64,000 bases of DNA from an uncultured Chloroflexia bacterium. GTDB lineage: Bacteria > Chloroflexota > Anaerolineae > Anaerolineales > RBG-16-64-43. The stretch spans positions 14,201-78,200 of the forward strand of contig CAVRUI010000001.1 in the NCBI GenBank assembly GCA_963724345.1, given 5' to 3'. Below, piece by piece: positions 60,425-64,000 of this stretch (the stretch's first letter is position 1; every line of letters starts with the position of its first letter). The notes beneath the pieces were generated by a model, which was given only the letters and a program-made list of their open reading frames with translations, searched no databases and was not told the DNA's origin. The translations under genes and the position numbers were made by a program.

Positions 60425-62884
60425 CTAATACAAATCCACGAGCGAGCGAATGCGAAGAGCTTTCCGCGCGCGGGCCAGGGTCCAGCCTTTGGGGAGCGGC
60501 GCGTTGATCCGGTGACTCGCGCCCGCGGGCAGGTCGAAGTAATTGTCACTGAATACCAAGTCTGCGCCATCGAGCGCGCATTCGACGAACAACGCAAGCT
60601 TTTTCCCCGAGATATAAAAGGACAATCCGTCTTTGGCGCGGCTTACTTTTGCCTTCAGGCCGGGATCTTCGAGCGTGAGGTGTTTGACCGGCGCAAACGG
60701 CGAAACGCAGGAAGCGATCCGGGTCCGGTTTTGCCAGAGTTCACACACCAGGACCGTTTCCCGCCGGTTGGCAAAGTCAATCCGGCCGGTGAAATCCAAT
60801 TCCCGGACGGGCGTGTCCGCGAGCGGCGCCGCGTCGAACTTTTCGCGGCCGTGATCCAGAACCTTCCCGGCGGGCGTCTCCAGCCGCCAGCGGACTTCCC
60901 CTTCCCATGGCCGGGTCAAATCGCTGGTCACGTGGATCGCGCGGCGCTCCCCGGTATCCTCGACCGAAAGCAGGACGGGCGCGTAGAACCGTTTGGCCGC
61001 GTAGTGCATCGCCTTCCAGCGGCCGTAATAATCCAGCGACGCCCAGGAAATCGCCGGCCAGCAGTCGTTGAGCTGCCAGATGATCGTTCCGCTGACGCGG
61101 GCGCGGTTGCGGCGCCAGTGCTCCACGCCGACCCGCATCCCCTCCGCCTGGAGGATCATGCTCAGGTAAACGAGCGACGGAAAATCCTTCGGCATGCGGA
61201 AGGTATCCAGCATCTGGGAAAGGATCACCTGGTTGCCGGGCCCGGAACGCTGGCGGTGTTCCATGACGTAGGAAGTCAGATTGCGGTCCGCGGGGGCGGT
61301 GAAAGTTTTGATGGTTTTCAGCGGCGGCAGGGATTGGAAGCCGAACTCGCTGGCAAAGCGCGGGAACTGCCCGCGGTAGGCGGTGAACGGCTTTCGCTCG
61401 TGCCAGACTCCCCAATAATGCATATCGCCGCGCTGCGCCCCGTTCGGGTCCACAAACGGATCGCCGGAGGAAGCCGAGGAGGGCCAATACGGCCGGTCGG
61501 GATCCTCCCCGGCGACGACCGCGGGGATCAGATGGTGGAACATGCGGTCGTACCCGGCTTTCAACTTCTGGTTATCCGGATCGTCGGGCTTGTTCCATTT
61601 CCATTCCGACCAGCCCTGCTCCATCTCGTTGTTGCCGCACCAAAGCGCGAGGCTGGCGCGGTGGCGCAGGCGGCGGACGTTTTCCACCGCCTCGATGCGG
61701 ACGTTTTCGGCGAATGCGTCGTCATCGGGGTAGATCCCGCAGGCGAACATGAAATCCTGCCAGACCAGAATCCCGAGCCGGTCGCACAAGTCGAAGAAGC
61801 GTTCCTCGCCGTAGGTTCCGCCGCCCCACACCCGCAGCATGTTCATGTTTGCGTCCACCGCGGATTGCAGCAACGCGCGCATGCGATCATCGCTCACGCG
61901 CGGGGTGAAGGAATCGGCCGGGATCCAATCCGCGCCTTTGGCGAACAGCGGCACTCCGTTGACGACGAAGGTGAAGGATTCGCCCCATTCGTCCGGCGCC
62001 CGCTTCAGCTCGACGGTTCGCAGGCCGATCTGGTATGAGCGCCGGTCGAGCAGCGCGCCCTCCGCTTCCAGTGTGACTTCCAGCTGATATAGATCCTGCT
62101 TGCCCATCCCGCTCGGCCACCACAGGCGAGGATTCTGCACGTCGATCGAGATCTCCGCCGCGCCGCAATCCACCGCGGCATCCACGGACGACCGCGAGCC
62201 GTCCGGCGCGGTCAGGATCGCCCGCGCCCGCAGCGCCTGTTCCGAGTACCTTTGGACCGCCGCACGCACGCCGACCCGCACTTTCCCCGCCGCATGGTGC
62301 TGGCGGATGTGGACGTCATCCAGCCGCGCGACGGAGAATCCTTCGAGCCGGATTCCCTGCCAGACGCCGATTGCCGGAAGCTTGGGGCCCCAATCCCAGC
62401 CCCAGTGATATGGCGATTTGCGCAGGTGCGGCCCGCCGGGGATATCTCCGCCGCCGGTGAGCGGCCGTTCCTCCTGGCGTGCGCGGATGAACGCCAGCGG
62501 CGAGCGGAAGCGGATACCCAGTTCGTTTTGCCCGTCTTTGAGAATGCCGGTCACGTCAAAGCGGTATGCGCGGAATTGGTTGTCGGTTTTTCCAAGCGGC
62601 GTTCCGTTGAGGCTCACCTCGGCCAGCGTATCGAGACCGTCGCAGACGAGGAAGGAATTCCCCTCCTTGAGAAGCTGCGGATCGGCGCGAAAAAGTTTCC
62701 GGTATTCCCAGTCGCTTTCGGCCACCCATTGCACTTTCAATTCATTGTCGGCGTGGAACGGATCCGGGATGCGGCCGAGCGCGAGCAGGTCGGTGTGGAC
62801 GCCGCCGGGGACGGCCGCTTGCAGCCATGGAGAGGTGCCTGCCTGCCGGAACTGCCACTTGCCGCCGAGATTTTGTTCGCGCAT
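60425..62884 (-). CDS. Beta-mannosidase (GH2)
   Basis: VPGGVHTDL, WGWDWGP, NMLRVWGGG, WCGNNE, SEFGFQS, WQLNDCWP. Confidence 0.93.
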   Translation of the reverse strand: MREQNLGGKWQFRQAGTSPWLQAAVPGGVHTDLLALGRIPDPFHADNELKVQWVAESDWEYRKLFRADPQLLKEGNSFLVCDGLDTLAEVSLNGTPLGKTDNQFRAYRFDVTGILKDGQNELGIRFRSPLAFIRARQEERPLTGGGDIPGGPHLRKSPYHWGWDWGPKLPAIGVWQGIRLEGFSVARLDDVHIRQHHAAGKVRVGVRAAVQRYSEQALRARAILTAPDGSRSSVDAAVDCGAAEISIDVQNPRLWWPSGMGKQDLYQLEVTLEAEGALLDRRSYQIGLRTVELKRAPDEWGESFTFVVNGVPLFAKGADWIPADSFTPRVSDDRMRALLQSAVDANMNMLRVWGGGTYGEERFFDLCDRLGILVWQDFMFACGIYPDDDAFAENVRIEAVENVRRLRHRASLALWCGNNEMEQGWSEWKWNKPDDPDNQKLKAGYDRMFHHLIPAVVAGEDPDRPYWPSSASSGDPFVDPNGAQRGDMHYWGVWHERKPFTAYRGQFPRFASEFGFQSLPPLKTIKTFTAPADRNLTSYVMEHRQRSGPGNQVILSQMLDTFRMPKDFPSLVYLSMILQAEGMRVGVEHWRRNRARVSGTIIWQLNDCWPAISWASLDYYGRWKAMHYAAKRFYAPVLLSVEDTGERRAIHVTSDLTRPWEGEVRWRLETPAGKVLDHGREKFDAAPLADTPVRELDFTGRIDFANRRETVLVCELWQNRTRIASCVSPFAPVKHLTLEDPGLKAKVSRAKDGLSFYISGKKLALFVECALDGADLVFSDNYFDLPAGASHRINAPLPKGWTLARARKALRIRSLVDLY

Positions 62885-63060
62885 GGGGTGGGCCTTCCTG
62901 GGGAGGGTTTGTGACCGGCGGATATGATAGCCCATCCGGGGATTTTTGTCTGGAGAATGCATGTAACCTGTCAGGTCTTTGCTCGAATTCAAGATCCTTC
63001 GGATTTCGGAAAAGGCCTGACGGGTCTTTTTGGTTTTTACGACGTGGTCATACCTGCCAC

Positions 63061-63196
63061 GAGCACGCAGGTATGACGGAAAAGAACACGCAGGTATGAC
63101 GGAAAAGAGCACGCAGGCATGACGGAAAAGAACACGCAGGTATGACGGAAAAAGAACACGCAGGTATGACGGAAAAGAGCACGCAGGTATGACGGA
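63061..63196. repeat. 23-bp tandem repeat, 6 copies
   Basis: ga(g/a)cacgcaggtatgacggaaaa at 63061, 63084, 63107, 63130, 63154 and 63177; inverted half-site gtcatacctgc at 63047. Confidence 0.92.
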
Positions 63197-63237
63197 CCGC
63201 TTCCGCCGCGGCCTAGGATCTGCGCGCCGCGGGAGGT

Positions 63238-63744
63238 TCACTCCATGCGGAAGGGCGCCAGCGTATCGATATCCCCGACGAATTGCGGCAGGCCGGTGTG
63301 GCCCAGCGCCTGGCGGATGGCGAGGTTCTCCCCGTTGTGATACCAGTAATGGTAAATGACGCGCTGCATCAGCGAACCGAGCGTGTACTTGCCGAAATCC
63401 GGGCCGCGATCGATAACCTTCAGCAGATCCGCCGTCTTGAGCGTATCGAGCCACGGGTCGGCCGCGGCGGTGACGGCGCGCCAAGCCGTGAGCACCAGCG
63501 CGAGGCCGTGGGCGCAGGCGGGCGCGCCGTAGGCATAATCGGTGTTCAGGTCCGGAAGCAGGATTTTCTTCTGCCCGCCGTATAAAAAGCACAACTGCTC
63601 CTGCCACGCCAGATGCCCGACGTTCCAACTGATGCAGTTCAGGGGAGGCAGGCGGCGCATGGCATCCGCTTCCGGGAGTCCTTCCAGGCCCCGCAGATAC
63701 TCGCTTCGCGTAAACCGCAGTTGGTCGACCAATGGATGAGCCAT
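63238..63744 (-). CDS. DinB family protein
   Basis: NCISWNVGHLAWQE and YHYWYHNGE metal-binding His pattern. Confidence 0.88.
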   Translation of the reverse strand: MAHPLVDQLRFTRSEYLRGLEGLPEADAMRRLPPLNCISWNVGHLAWQEQLCFLYGGQKKILLPDLNTDYAYGAPACAHGLALVLTAWRAVTAAADPWLDTLKTADLLKVIDRGPDFGKYTLGSLMQRVIYHYWYHNGENLAIRQALGHTGLPQFVGDIDTLAPFRME

Positions 63745-63839
63745 ATTCACCTCTGCTGGAAAAAATTTTTCCCGGCGGGAGGAAAAGCGAAGGATTTTTT
63801 TCCGACCGGAAGAGAGCGAATTACCGCGGATGGACCGGG

Positions 63840-63998
63840 TTATCCGGCCGACACTTTTTTGCGTTTCTCCGCGAGGAAAAATTCTCCGAAAATGACCGCG
63901 GCCAACGATGCCGCCATGGTGACGATCCAGGCGGCGGTCGCTTCCAGCTGGACGTTATCCTCCCGGACTTCCACCTCGCGCAATGACCGGCCTGCCAG
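63840..63998 (-). CDS. C-terminal fragment of a CDS running off the window end
   Basis: Open frame ...LEATAAWIVTMAASLAAVIFGEFFLAEKRKKVSAG* (TM plus basic tail). Confidence 0.45.
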   Translation of the reverse strand: MAGRSLREVEVREDNVQLEATAAWIVTMAASLAAVIFGEFFLAEKRKKVSAG

Positions 63999-64000
63999 GA

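Noticed and set aside
63061-63196. Possible CRISPR array (23-bp repeats)
   Set aside because: No spacers; this is a simple tandem repeat.
62885-63628. N-terminal extension of the 1067-aa beta-mannosidase ORF
   Set aside because: It runs through the DinB gene and the 23-bp VNTR; GH2 similarity begins at MREQN (62884).

Overview
GC-rich bacterial chromosomal window. The gene repertoire (LxxC lipoproteins, NBR1-Ig-like, CSLREA and sortase-fused giant surface proteins) suggests Chloroflexota/Anaerolineae; this is inference, not a database result. About 46 CDS were called. No rRNA, tRNA, CRISPR array or transposase was seen. Six genes carry frameshifts that each resolve by removing single bases, most likely long-read assembly artefacts. 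The main discovery candidate is a minus-strand cluster at 41.8-47.6 kb. It contains an unannotated 47-aa peptide ending ...SGWGKWG (ComX-like), a ComQ-like Trp-prenyltransferase, and a translationally coupled ComP-like PDZ/multi-TM receptor whose output is an HD-GYP phosphodiesterase instead of a histidine kinase. A Pyr4/DmtA-type membrane terpene cyclase and a FkbM methyltransferase lie just upstream. This could be a prenylated (possibly cyclised-terpenoid) peptide quorum signal wired directly to c-di-GMP. Other notable items: a ~2200-aa isopeptide-domain adhesin fused to its own LPETG motif and sortase, a KdpDE pair beside a KimA-like K+ transporter with KdpE-like boxes, a Zn-type ArsR/SmtB repressor heading three ICMT-family methyltransferases, two DUF559 nucleases each with their own flanking repeats, and several families of dispersed, nested or tandem palindromic repeats.
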